A stretch of DNA of 64,000 nt from the human T2T-CHM13v2.0 reference genome, Homo sapiens, in the NCBI RefSeq assembly GCF_009914755.1, contig NC_060927.1. One strand, written 5' to 3'. Positions 32,761-47,789 of the stretch are shown piece after piece. Below the pieces are notes generated by a model. It worked only from the letters and a program-made list of their open reading frames with translations, was not told the DNA's origin and did no database searches. Positions within the stretch are counted from its first letter, which is position 1. Each line of letters begins with the position of its first letter. The translations under genes and the position numbers were made by a program.

Positions 32761-33462
32761 TTAAATAAAATCAGACCATATCCTTATACCAAGGACTGAT
32801 TTGGGGGGATCTAGTGGGGAAATATCAGGATATTATGTGTTGACCACTTTCTGCAAACATCAGTAAAGTCTTATCAATGACAAACATCTCTCAAATGTGG
32901 CCTACCTGAAAGGCTAGTGGTAAGGGAAGAAAATTAAAGCTTTTCTAAGAAAGATACATCTTGCCTGTGTCCAGAAATCCAATGTGGTTGAAACCTGTAT
33001 TCTCGGCACCAAGCTAAAGTAAGAGGAATCAAATCAGGGTGAAAACGTGGTTAGATACAAGACTGAGATCTGGGGATGTTTGATTCTTCAGTCTCTCAGT
33101 CTCCAACATATCCTTTGGGGCTCTATTTATTGACAAAGTTGGCAACTACCACCATTGTTAAAACCATTCCATGAAGTATAATGTGGGGTAGGGGAAAGGA
33201 GAACCGTTCTTCTCCAATCCAGGCTACAGGTTTGCACTGCCAAGATGCCCTCTCCAGGTCGAATGCTGAAAACTTACAGAATGGACAAAGCACTGGAACT
33301 TGTTGGCATATGACAGAATCCCTCAGATTAAGCTCTTAATGCAAGAGTCATAACTAACCAGATCTGTGGAACTGAACAAATATAAGTCAACAGAGGCTAA
33401 CAAACTTTAAGAGATGTATTCCGGGATAAATTCCAAGCCTATTACTTAAGAAAGCAAAAACC

Positions 33463-33590
33463 AGAATGACATGAACCTGGGAGGTGGAGCTTGCAGTGAG
33501 CCTAGATCGCGCCACTGCACTCCAGCCTGGGCAACACAGCGAGACTCTGTCTCAAAAAAAAAAAAAAAAAAAAGAAAGAAAGAAAAAAAT
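33463..33590 (+). mobile_element. 5'-truncated AluY right arm
   Basis: 'gaggtggagcttgcagtgagcc...' plus a long A-tail; TSD-like AGCAAAAACC. Confidence 0.88.
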
Positions 33591-34169
33591 AAGAGCAAAA
33601 ACCTGCAAAAATACACCCCCTGTTGCAAATCCCAACCCTTAGAACTTACACCAACTGGAAACAGACTAATACAGTGCATCCCTCAGAAAGCGGGTTCTCA
33701 CTGGTGCCCATCTTAGCTAAGATCAATGGTTAGCTTGCAGGACTGGGGAAAGCCAAGTTGGTTGATTTAGAAACTTGCTCTACTGTCTTGGCAGGATATA
33801 GTTGCTATCCTGGTTTAGCAGCATTTATTGATGCAACAAAGCAGTGTCCTTTGAATTTTGTTTCCCCGTTTTCCCATTTGCAAAAGGAATTTTTATTATG
33901 ACGTTTCCCCTCCATTATTTTACACTGGGAGTATAGAGGATGAATAAATACGTCATTTAGTCCAGATGCCATTAACATAAAGTCTAGAGAGAAATGTGCA
34001 TCTCCCAGAGATCCTGGAACTTGTATGCAAGAACTGGTGCAACTTGAGGCTATCTCCCTTCCTAGAAGAGAAACTCTATGTATTTTTGGTTGTATGCTGA
34101 TGGGTGAATTGTATTAGTGGGGAGAATTCTGATGATTGTTTATATGAGGAAAAAGATGAATGTGGAAGT

Positions 34170-34985
34170 TGGGCTGCTGAGAGACGCACTTGGTAGATAT
34201 CTACAGTTTTGGTCTATCCAGTATCCATTCTTCTTTTTGGTATTCACACTTAGATTTATCTTTGAGGGAACCACCTTTCCTTATTTCATTCATGAAATTT
34301 CAGTGGAACTGATTCTATCCCCAGGTCCAGTCAGAAGCATTATTGGCTTAGGAATGGCAGGTAACCCAAATTAATCCAGTGAGAAAGAGTCAGCTCTGGA
34401 AGATTTGTTAGAGTCAGAAAAGATCACTTCCTTTCTCCTTCTTTGCTAACATGGTAGACTATAATCCTGGACTATAATGGCAATCTTACTCCTATTTAGG
34501 AAGAATCTGCTGAGAATGAAGCCAACACTGAGACATTTCTGATTTTATCTCTCTCTCTTTTTTTTTTTTTTTTTTCAGACAGAGTGTCACTGTATTGCCC
34601 AGGCTGGAATGGAGTGGTGTAATCTTGGCTCACTGCAACCTCCGCCTTCTGGGGGTTCAAGCGATTCTCATGCCTCAGCCTCCCGAGCAGGCGCACAACA
34701 CCACGCCCGGCTAATTTTTGTATTTTTAGTAGAGATGGGGTTTTGCTATGTTGGCCAGGCTGGTCTGACACTCCTAGCCTCAAGTCTGGTCTGCCTGTCC
34801 TGGCCTCTCAAAGTACTAGGATTACAGGCATGAGCCACCGCACCCAGTCCTGATTTTATCTCTTGATCATCTGGATTAAACTGTACCAGAAGACACTCCT
34901 GGGACTTTTGGATTGCGCAAACAAATAAATTTTTTCTTTTGCCTGAGTAATTTTGTGCTGGATATCTGTCCTGGCTGATATAGTT
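34170..34985 (+). mobile_element. Old MLT1-type LTR containing an antisense Alu (34556-34849)
   Basis: MLT1K/L-like motifs 'gagaatgaagccaacac', 'cctgggacttt', 'aataaattttttct'; Alu TSD CTGATTTTATCTCT. Confidence 0.65.
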
Positions 34986-35589
34986 ATGGCTGATATGTTA
35001 GACTGACTCTGTATTTAAGTGTTAGTAGTTAATTCCTAATTAATAGACTATTAGATATCTTACGTTCAAGTATATATCCTTTTTTCTTTGTAATTTTGTC
35101 AAATCTTTTAAGTATTCATTTCTGATTCATTTCACCGAACTCTGAATTTTCTGGAAGGGGTTGGAAAAAGGGTTGTTATTTCCCTAGTTTGCATGCTTCA
35201 ATCAGACCAGGTGTTGACAGCGGTGTCTGTGTCAATGCGTCAGTGACTATGCCCTGCCAGTTACTAAATATTTTGAATATCATATCTAATTGGTAGGGGG
35301 ACACTGTTCTAAGTTGTTCTTTGAATATATTTTTTGTTTGTGGACAATGATCTTAATATAACTGACTCCCAGATGGCTTCAAGTGTAGTTATAACTTTAA
35401 TCAAATAATAGAAGAGTATGGAATTTTACCTAACATTTAAATCCAGAATAAAATTTTGCAAAAAGAGCTTTGTATGGAGCTCAGGAGGGCTCGAGCAAAC
35501 CACTAGTCCTAATGTTCTGGATCTGTAAAATAAGAAGTTACTATCCTTCAAACTCTAAATTTTTATGATTCCATTTGTAATAAGGAGAA

Positions 35590-35692
35590 ACAAAAGTGAA
35601 AGCACTATGTTAAAAAAAAAAGCTTAGGGTCACTTTAGAACATAGCTAATTCTGGGAAATCAGGCACATCTCAGATTTGATAAGGAAGTGGA
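35590..35692. promoter_or_regulatory. Candidate IRF/STAT/ETS enhancer module
   Basis: AAAAGTGAAAGC 35592-35603, GAS TTCTGGGAA 35650-35658, TGATAA then AGGAAGTG at ~35678-35690. Confidence 0.4.
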
Positions 35693-36482
35693 ACACATAA
35701 GCATGCAAATGCTCACAGGAACACACAAATAAACACATATACAATGGAAAAAAATCATTGCAGCATTGCAGGCTGGTCTCTAACTCCTGACCTTGTTTTA
35801 TTTAAACATGAGGAAGGTATGAGGGAACCCAGCATGAAACAGTGTTACTGGCATTTTTTTTTCCTTCTGAGATTTGGACCTTAAGTACATGAATCCTTTT
35901 CAGACTACGCCAAGAATACTTAAAGCCGATTTTGCCAGTTAATCTAGGCACACGCAGGCTTAAGTCTTTCTCTATTTGCTTACTCCAGTATAAATACATT
36001 CTAGAAGTTATTTTTTGTTGTTGTCGTTCTTTTTTGCTAGTTTGCTTGTTCTTCTCTGTTAAGAATTTTATTGATGATAACTTTTAGTAACTTGAGGAAA
36101 ATTTTGAGTATTCACCTTTACTATGGAGTTTTTCATGAACATAAGAATTTGGTGATATCAATTTAATCATAATTTAAAACTCAGAGTACATATTACATCC
36201 CTCTTGACTTATTCCCCACCTACCTGGAGTCATTCTAAAAATCAGAGATTAGCCACTATGCAGTGGGGTCCTTTAGCTTTTCAGTAATATATATTTAAAA
36301 CAATAAGGAACATTCTCATATGAATTTGTGTTTATTGTTGTTAACAGACGCACTTGGAGATTGGGTGGGAACTTTCCTAGCTCTACCTTCTCTGTGTTTC
36401 ATCCATTGCATCACTTGTGATTATTGAAGGACTTCCCTTCATATCCTTTTATATTCTGATTCCTTATAAAACCTGAAGATAA

Positions 36483-36794
<312 letters not shown>

Positions 36795-37974
36795 TGAAGA
36801 TAATTTTTAAAAGTCACTGACTCCACTCGCCAGATTTCTCTTTGGTTCCAAGATTATGTAGCCACTTTGAATAGGAGCAGTGAGAGAGGCCATCCTCGTC
36901 TTGTGCTAGTTTTCAAGGGGAATGCTTCCAGCTTTTGCCCATTCAGTATGATGTTGGCTGCGGGTTTTTCACAGATTGCTCTTACTATTTTGAGGTATGT
37001 TACTTCAATACCAAGTTTATAGAGAGTTTTTAACATGAAGGGGTGTTGAATTTTATCAAATGTCTTTTCTACATCTATTAACATAAGCACTTTTTTTTGT
37101 CTTCTGCTAGCTTTGGGATTGGTTTGCTCTTGGTTCTGTAGTTCTTTTAGTTGTGATATTAGGTTGTTAATTTGAAGTCTTTCTAACTTTTTGGGTGGGT
37201 GTTTAGTGCTATAAATTTCTCTCTTAACACCGCCTTAGCTGTGTCCCAGAGATTCTGATATGTTTTATCATTTTTCTCATTAGTTGCAAATAACTTCTTG
37301 ATTTTTGCCTTAATCTTATTATTTACCTGAAAGTCATTCAGGAGCACGTTGTTTAATTTTCATGTAATTGCATGGCTTGGGCTATCTTTTTAGTCTTGAT
37401 TTCTATTTTTATTGTTCTGTGGTCCAAGAGTGTTTTTGGTATGATTTGGTCCTTTTGCATTTGCTGAGGATTGTTTTATGTCCAATAGTGTGGTTGATTT
37501 TAGAGTACGTGCCCTGTGGTGATGAGAAGATGGATGTTCTGTTGTTTTGGGATGGAAAGTTCTGTAGAGATCTATGAAATTCATTTGGCCCAATGTTGAG
37601 TTCGGGTCCTGAATATCTTTGTTAATTTTCTGCCTGAGTGTTCTGTCTAGTACTATCAGTGGAGTGTTAAAGTCTCCCACTATTCTCGTCTGGGAGTCTA
37701 AGTCTCTTTGAAGGTCTCTAAGAACTTGCTTTATAAATTTGGATGCTCCTGCATTGGGTGTGTATACATTTAGGAAAGTTAGGTCTTCTTGTTGAATTAA
37801 AACCTTGATCATTATGTAACACCCTTCTTTGCCTTTTTTTAAAAATCTTTGTTGGTTTAAAGTCTGTTTTGTCTGAAACTAGGATTGCAACCCCTGCTTC
37901 TTCCTCATTTCCATTTGCTTCATAGATTTTCCTCCATCTCTTTGTTTCAAGCCTATTTGTGTCATTGCATGTGA

Positions 37975-38669
<695 letters not shown>

Positions 38670-38946
38670 TCTGTGCCTTTTAAGAGGGGCATTGATCCCA
38701 TTTATATTCAAGGTTAGTATTGATACATGTGGATTTAATCCTGTCACTGTGTTGTTAGCTGGTTATTATGCTGACTTGCTTGTGTGGTTGATTTATAGTG
38801 TCACTGGTCTGTGTACCTAAACATGTTTTTGTATTGGCTGGTAACAGTCTTTCCTTTCCATATTTAATGTTCCTTTCAGGATCTGTTGTAAGGTGGGTCT
38901 GAACTCCCTTGGCATTTGCTTATTTGGCTATTTCTCCTTTGCTTAT

Positions 38947-39302
38947 TAATAGAGTTTGGCTCCATGTCCCTACCCAAATCTTATCTCCACATGTCGAGGG
39001 AGGGACCTGGTGGGAGGTGATTGGATCATAGAGGCAGTTCCCCCCCACCAGTGCTGTTCTCATAATAGTGAGGGAGTTCTCATGAGATCTGATGGCTTAA
39101 AAGTGGCAGTTTCCCATGCACACACACTCTCTCTCTCCTGCTGCCATGTAAGATGTGCCTTGCTTCCCCTTTACCTTCTGCCATGGTTTTAAGTTTCCTG
39201 AGGCCTCTTAGCCATGCATAAGTATGAGCCAATTAAACCTCTTTCTTTATAAATTACCCAATCTCAGGTAGTATGCTAGCAGTGTGAGAATGAACTAATA
39301 CA
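38947..39302 (+). mobile_element. THE1D solo LTR in L1
   Basis: 'gagggagggacctggtgggaggtgattggatcat...gaactaataca'; TSD CTTA(T/A). Confidence 0.9.
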
Positions 39303-42300
39303 CTTAAGAAGCTTAGTTTGGCTGGATATGAAATTATTGGTTGAAGATGTTTTTCTTTAAGAATGTTGAATATAGGCCCCCAATCTCTTCTGGCTTGTAG
39401 AGTTTCTGCTGAGAGGTCTACTGTTAGCCTGATGGGATTCCCTTTTAGATGCCCTGCCTTTTCTCTCTAGCTGCCTTTAACATTCTCTCATTTCAATTTT
39501 GGAAAATCTGACAATTACATGTCCTGGGGATGATCTTCTTGAGTAGAATATTGTACAGGTTCTCTGTATTTACTGAATTTGACTGTTGGCCTCTCTGGCA
39601 AGGTGAGGGAAGTTTTCATGAGTGATATCCTAAAATGTGTTTTCCAAGTGGTTTTCTTTCTCCCCATCTCTTTCAGTGATGCCAGTGATTTATAGATTTG
39701 GCCTCCTTACATAATCCTATATTTTCTGGAGTTTCTGTTCATTCATTTTCATTCTTTTTTTCTTTATTTTTGTCTGGCTGTCTTGTTTCAGAGAGCCAGT
39801 CTTCAAGTTCTGAGATTCTTTCCCCAGCTTGGTCTATTCTGCTGTTAATACTTGCGATTGCATTGTGAAATTCTTGCAGTGTGCTTTTCAGCTCTATCAG
39901 ATCAGTTAGGTTTCTTTTTAATACTGGCGATTTTGCCTGTCAGCTCCTTTATCATTTTATTGTGATTCTTAGTTTCCTTGGATTGTGTTTTCCTCTTCTC
40001 CTAAATCTCAATGATCTTCATTCCTATCTATACTCTGAATTCTATTTCTGTCATTTCAGCCAACTCAGCCTGTTTAAGAACCCTCATTGGAGAACTGGTG
40101 CTATTGTTTGGAGTACATAAGACACTGGTCATTTGAGTTGCCAGAGTTCTTACATTGGTTCTTTCTCATCTCTGTGTATGGGTGTTCCTTTAACTGCAGC
40201 ATAGATTGAGTACAGTCAGAAGACTTTTTTCCTGAATATTTTCACAGGGCTGAGGCTTTGTGCGAGGTCTTTATTTGCAGCTGACTTCTTATCTTTGGTT
40301 TTACAGGGCGGGTATGTTAGTGAGATACATCTGTTGAGATAAGCATGTGTTTTTTTGTCTTCTGCTAGCTTTGGGATTGGTTTGCTCTTGGTTCTGTAGT
40401 TCTTTTAGTTGTGATGTTAGGTTGTTAATTTGAAGTCTTTCTAACTTTTTGGTGTTGAAGCTGCGGGGTGTGATCCAGTAGGTGGTGCTTAGGCGCTTCA
40501 TGGAGGCCAGTGGGTGATACAATTTGAAGACATGAGATTCAAAACTGAGAGGCTTTAGGGAGGACAGAAGGAAATGAGGGGTTTTGTGAAGTAGTGGTCA
40601 GTAGGTAGACTCTTTCCCAGTCATGTGACTCCTCTATATTTCCTCATGGTTGCAGCTGGGCTACCTCTCAATGCTCTGAAAGTGTGGACTCCTCTCCCAT
40701 TTGAGTGCTGGCTACAGATTGCGACTTGGCACTCCTAGGCTGCCCACCACAGCTCTGGGGAGATCTCAGGGTTTATGTTTCCTCCCCAGCTTGGAGGCAG
40801 CAGAGAGAAGGACCTTAGCAGTGGTTGTGGCTGGGGGTCTTTTACTTGTCTCCTGGGGGCTCCACTCCACAGAGATGCAGGTCAGCAATTGCTCAGTGTG
40901 ATAGGCCCAAGATGGGTGATCTGTACTGTGGGTCCAAGCTGGGGGGTTCCCTGGTGACAAGCAGCAGGGGTGGATGGGACCTGTGGGAGATGGACTGGTC
41001 TCCTCTCCTTGGGTTAACTGCAGCTTGTTGGGGGTGTGGATGAGGCACTTAGGGTCTTTGCTGTTTAATTAGTCTAAAGGTAGTAGGGGTAGTACTACTA
41101 CAGAGGCAGTGGCAGAGAGGCTTTTGGTTGCCCCTGAGGGCTCCAACCCCAAGAAATGCAGAGTCACTGTTACTGGGAATGTTCAGCCAGTGAGGTGGGT
41201 GGCTGCACTGCTGGTGTGAGTTGGAGGCTCCACTTGTTGGGGAGCAGGGGTTCAAGGGCTCACTGAGAGGAGATAATGGTCTCCTCTCCATGTGGTCACT
41301 GTGGTGGAGAGACTGTCATATACCTCTGAGAGCTTTTCCCCAGGGAAACTCCAGGCCACTACCGGTGGGTTTGCTCAGCTGTGGGTGACGTGACTGTTCT
41401 GTGGTCATGAACCAGGGGCCCTGCCTGGTTAAGAGTAGCGGGTGGGGATTCCCAGGAAAGAGAAACTGAACTCCTTTCCATATGGTGGCTGCGGTGCACT
41501 AAAGATACCAGTGTAGTGACTGGGACCTTTGTTCCTTCCCCAGCCTGAGGTCTGTTAGGGCAGTACCACTGCAACTGCAGAGGCGAAGGTTTGTGGGTTC
41601 ACTCTGGTATTTATTTCCTCTTCGAAGAAATGCGGGGGTGCCTCTGATTGAAGTGGTCAGGCGGAAACAGGATGGTGGTGCTGGAGTCCCAGGTCGGGCA
41701 GCCCTATGCAGTGAGGACTGGGACTTGTGGGGAACAGTCTGACCGCTTTTCTAAGGTGGGCGCTCTGTGCTGGGGGTCTGGACCAGCCCCTGGTACTCAC
41801 AGAGGACTTTTCAGAGCCTGGAGACAGTAAGGGCAAGGGCTGCAAGACAGCAAACATCACACCCCCCACCCTCTCACCCCCCAACCCCCAAACACTGGGA
41901 GCGCTGTCCCAGAGAGTTATGGAGCTGCTACTGGCTCAATATCCCTGGCAGGGGGTGGGTGGAGACCCAGGCCAGGAGGACTCATCCAGTGAGGAGAAAC
42001 AGGTTTGGAGACTTGTGTAAAAAAGCAGTCTGGCCACTTTTCCACAGGACAGCCATGTTGTGCTGGGGGTCCACTCCAGTCACTGATTGATCACCTTGCA
42101 CTCTCTAAAGCCTGAAGGCAACAAGGACTGAGGCTGTGAAACAGCAAAGATGGCCGCCTACCCCTTCCTCTGAGAGCTCCCTCTCAGGGATGTGTAATGC
42201 TGCTACCAGCAGCTGGCTAGAGTTCCAAGCCAGTGGGTCTTATCCTGTGACCTCTGAAGTGCTATGGAAGTGAGGCCTGCAGATCATCGCTGCTCAGCCC

Positions 42301-43064
42301 CCTGGATTCAGCCCCTTTCATAGGAGTAGGTATGGGGGTCTAACCTCCCACTTGGCTGGAGTAGCAGTTACTTTTGCCAGGAAGCCAGGATATCTAAGGC
42401 TCCTGGGGCTCCGTGTGTACCTGAGCGGCTGCTCTGCCAAGACTCCCCATAGCTCTGTGTATCTGACTGAAGGCCCTAGTGGAGTGGGTTCATGAGGGGA
42501 TCTCCTGACCCAAGAGTAGCAACGATCCATGGGAGAAGCATTGGTCCGCAGGGTCGCTCATTCACTCACGGCTTCCCTGGATGGGGAGGTTCCCCTGGCT
42601 CCATGTTTCTCCCGTGTGGGCGGTTGTCCTGCCCTGCTTTTCTCCATTCTCCATGGGTCAGGTTGTTTTCTTGATGAATTCCAACATGTGTATCTGTATG
42701 TTTCGGTTGAAAGTGCAGTATTTACTCGCCCCATCTATTTCTCTCTGTGAGAGCAGTACACACTAGCTGCTTCTGGTTGAGCGTAAGAAAAATAAATGCC
42801 CTTTTAATGTGTTTGCTAGAAGATAGAAAACATTGCAAAGAACAGAGTAGAATTCATATTCTTAAAAACAAATATGAAAACTTATTCTACTTTCCTTCTT
42901 TACCAATGAAAATAAACATATTTATTGTCCTCAATGCACTTTTTTCTTTGAAATAATAACTCCTCAGAAAGACCGTTGCGGTTAAGAATATCAGCTGTCA
43001 CACAGAGCTAAATCCTTTTAATTGTGAATTTTTTCCCCACAAAGCATGATGAACTACGTCTTGA

Positions 43065-43457
<393 letters not shown>

Positions 43458-43509
43458 TGAAGGAAGAGTTAATCATTCATGCTCCTTTTCTTGGGTTCAG
43501 CTGCCATCC

Positions 43510-43885
43510 TTACTTACCTCTGATGGAGGACTAGGGATTTCTGGGACTTGAACTCCTGTTATAGAAGGTCAGATTAGCCTTAAGCTGAACAGCAGCAGCT
43601 ACCTGGGCCTTTCTCCCCTGAATAAAAGTTCTGAAGATCTAAAATGAAAATATGAAAGGAAAGAAATTATCAAGTTCTGTCTACTAAATATCTCAGTGGA
43701 TTTCCTACCTCAACTGGTAGATTTGTCTTAAGGCCTTTGTTTGGAGTGTTTTCCTACAAGTCTCAAAGTCTAACAAAAGCAGGCGTTCCCGGTCAAGCTC
43801 TGCCAAATTCACCACGTGACCTAGGACCTGAAGTGAACTTTCGTTTCTCCTGTTCTCTCTCTTTCCGACCTTCCCTCCCCGCCAA
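43510..43885 (-). promoter_or_regulatory. Candidate IFN-inducible promoter and first exon of a minus-strand lncRNA
   Basis: ISRE ACTTTCGTTTCTC 43837-43849, E-box CCACGTGAC 43812-43820, GC-box-like CCCCGCC at ~43877-43883, minus-strand donor GAG|GTAAGT (exon end 43518). Confidence 0.5.
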
Positions 43886-44083
43886 GGCAATGCAGACAGG
43901 GACTCAATATATTATTTTGAGTTCTCCATAGGAAAAGAATTATTATTAAAACAATAAGCTCTCAAGATAAATACCTTTATATAATGTATATACATTCATA
44001 TATACATGAGTATATACTAGCTTTCATATCTGTATTCTTTTTTTTCTTTCTCACCCAGAACTCAAGAAGACATGCCTGTATCC

Positions 44084-44384
44084 CTTTTTTTTTTCTCTTT
44101 TGAGATGAAGTTTCACTCTTGTTGCCCAGGCTGGAGCGCAATGGCGCAATCTCAGCTTACTGTAACCTCCACCTCCTGCATTCAAGCAATTCTCCTGCCT
44201 CAGCCTCCTGAGTAGCTGGGATTACAGGCGCCCACCACCACGTCTGGCTAATTTGTGTATATTTAGTAGAAATGGGGTTTCACCATGTTGACCAGGCTGG
44301 TCTTGAACTTCTGACCTCAGGTGATCCACCCGCCTCGGCCTCCCAGTGTGCTGGGATTACAGGCATGAGCCACCGCACCCGGCC
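44084..44384 (-). mobile_element. Alu (AluSp/Sq-like)
   Basis: TSD ACATG(C/T)C(T/C)GTAT. Confidence 0.95.
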
Positions 44385-45689
44385 CAACATGTCCGTATTC
44401 TCAAAGCTATAGAGGTGTCTTTGCTATTTTGTTCTCTTAGGTAAGAACCGGGTCCTCACCTTACACTTTATTCCTCAGGTGAAGAGACTCTGTGTGTGTC
44501 CATTCAGGGAAGCATGAGAGCATTTGATTTCAGCTGAGCAGGTTTAGTCATCTAGGAGCTGCTCTCTTAAGTGTTTAACACAATCGTTAACTAACTAAAA
44601 CTTGCAGGAAATTAATCTGGAATTTCCCAGTAACTACATGTTTTAGATAAGTTTTTGAATTGAGTCCAAGATGATGTGATAGTGCATGTTCATAATTAAC
44701 TAAGAAACTGAGAAAAGCTTTCTTAATCTAAAAACAAAGCCAAAAATCTTTCCATGCAAGGAAAGAAAATCTTAATTGATTAACTCATTAATAGAGCAGG
44801 GAAAAGAAAACAAAAGCAAAAGCAAAAAAACTAACTTGAGATATAGCTGAACTCATAATGTGTATTTGTTTTTATTTCCAGTTGCTGCTTACCATTAGCT
44901 GTGCAAGACCAAAGGATTTTGTGCTTTCTCTTGCCTAGTAATTGTTCAGTCCAAAATTTAACCATGTTGTTTTTGTGTTATTACCAGGAGCAAGAGGACA
45001 TGTGTATTGGTGAGAGAAGAGGGGTGAGGAGTCAGGGATAAGATGAATCTGATTAACTTCAGGGGTTATTAGAATAAATCTTGTAGGCTTGGAGAATCTT
45101 GTAGGCTTGGAGAATCTAGAGTTCTATGAGAAATGGTAAGCAGACTTTATAAATCCTGTCTGCGTTGCTGCTATGATCTTGGCCTTCCCCTGACATACTC
45201 CCAAGAAATAGAAACGAATAGAAATAGAAATCTAATAGAACTAGAAATAGAAATATTTCCCAAGAAATAGAAAGTAAAACTGACAAAGCCAATGCAAAGA
45301 AATCAGTTCGGAAGCTGTTAATTTTCACACGATCTGTGTTCAGTAACCGCCCTCTATCGGCTCTCCTGAATAGCACACTATATGGGACGGAGAATCTGAA
45401 AGGCCTTTTTGCTGGTTTTCTTACTAACAGAGAGTTCATAAACCAGGATCTTCTTCAGCCTCCAAGGTAAGGAAATGTGTGATCTCCAAGCTCCCTCTTG
45501 TATGTATTGTGAACGCCACTGTCAGAAGAGAAACACCAAAGTTATTCACCTGGAAATGTTGCAGTATGAAGACCATGTATTTGATGGAGAGGTTATTTAA
45601 ATGGTAACTTTGTTAATGAATTTCTTTGCTAACTTTCCCTGCTTTATTTTCATGCCAAAAACCAGAGAGGTACAGAGAACAGAACTCGG

Positions 45690-45900
45690 CACCACAGTCT
45701 AAAAGTGTTAAGTTTCAGGCACAACACTGCTGTTTTTGAGCTGTGGGTCCTCAGACAAGCCATTTTAGCTTTCCGAGCCTCAGTTTCCCACTTGCCTGCT
45801 TCTTCACCACTTCCTGGGGTGATAAGAGAAGACCAAATGATATGTTTGTGAAGGTGCTTTGCCACTCATGTACCCTATGCAGACCCTATTATTAGTAGTA
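45690..45900 (+). mobile_element. MIR
   Basis: 'gctgtgggtcctcagacaagccat...gagcctcagtttccc...aaatgatatgtttgtgaaggtgcttt'. Confidence 0.65.
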
Positions 45901-47033
45901 CTTTATAAAAGTAAGACATCATTTTCTCATTTACAGGACTGAGGATTAGAAAGAATAATGCTGGGTTTCTGGCTGCCTCCGCTTTTGAGGGCCTAGGAGG
46001 CATTCTGACCTAAAGAGAGTAGGCAGTGGAGTCAGACATAAATGTAAACACTGTTAGTGTGACCTTTGCAGATCATCTGTCTGCCCTGTGCTTCTATTAT
46101 GCTATCTATCTGCAAAGTAAAGAACTTCTTTACAAAATGCCTCATACAAGTGTGAATACAACAAACAAGCTCCATCTCTAAAGTTCTTCATAGAAAACAG
46201 AATTATAAGACGCACTCAGTATCCAAGGATAAATGATACCAGGAAAGGGCCAAAGTTAATTAATCCTCTTACAATAAAGAGCATATTTCAAGGTAAATAA
46301 TAAAAATAATTATCTTAAAATTAACAAAATGTATATGGTTATTTGCAACTATGCATTAATTCTTAGCCCAAAGAATGTTGAGGAGTTGATTTGGCATGAA
46401 GAGGACACATTTTCTTGGACAAAATTATAGGATGGCACAGTGCGACTTTGTTTAGCTCATACTACCTTTCGGTAACACCATCAAAGGGGATCTTTTTTAC
46501 CAAAAACATTTTTTAAATCAAGGGTTTTCATCAATTTTCCAAAGGGATTAAAAAAATTCCCTGACATTTAAGCTGGTACATTTTGGAAGCATTTCTTGTA
46601 TCATCATCCTTACCCATTACTCTTCTTTAGTGTTAATTTATATGATTCCTTGTCCGTTTTTTTTCTTCAGTTTTTACCTAGTCTGTTGACACGTGACTAT
46701 ACTTGATGTTGGAGCAGTTCTCCAACATTATTTTCATCAATTTCATGAAATTCTGCATCTTTTGCAAGAATCACAACTCCACTTTGCCATCTATTTGACT
46801 TGTGTTGTCAGATGTTTACAGTATTCTACAAGCAATAAGAGTTAGGCTGAAAAAGTTTTGACTTGTGATCAGGGATAGTCATTCAAGCTAAGCAGAGAAG
46901 ATTGTTTGAAAGGGGAACAATTTTATGGGTGTTCGGTTCATGAGTGAATACTTTCATGTAATGGCAAATATTCCTATATAATCATGTTCTAGAGGAATTT
47001 AAGTAATGAAAACTCAGATAAGAAGGAGTCTCT

Positions 47034-47356
<323 letters not shown>

Positions 47357-47789
47357 CTATCCAAGAATTCCTTTTTGCATTTTTGGTTCAGTTGTGGTGG
47401 ATTTAGGCTGAACCACATTCACTCTCATATAAAGGACCTGCATTTGCTTGTCAGTTCCCAGCCTGGGTTAAGGGGTGCTAACTTTGCCCGATAAGATCAA
47501 TTCATTTCCATGGTGTTCTAAATCAATGTCTCTTAAACTCCATTCTGTGCTATTCTCTTTATTAATATTCTGCAAACATATGTAAAATAATGTTATATTT
47601 TAGTAGTTTGATGTCAAACAAAATTAAAAGTGATGATTCATTGAATTCATTATTTCTACCAGTAAAGAGAACAGTTAATTTTTTGTTATGTAAAAAGCCA
47701 GTAGTTTAATTAAAACACACCACTAAGAGTGAAAGACTGGGAAGAGATATGATTTGTATTATATATTTGTATATTATATAAACTTATAT

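Noticed and set aside
45077-45275. AATCTTGTAGGCTTGGAG x2 and (AGAAAT)n-like repeats
   Set aside because: Simple slippage duplications with no spacer-repeat architecture; the resemblance to IRF half-sites is too weak to call.
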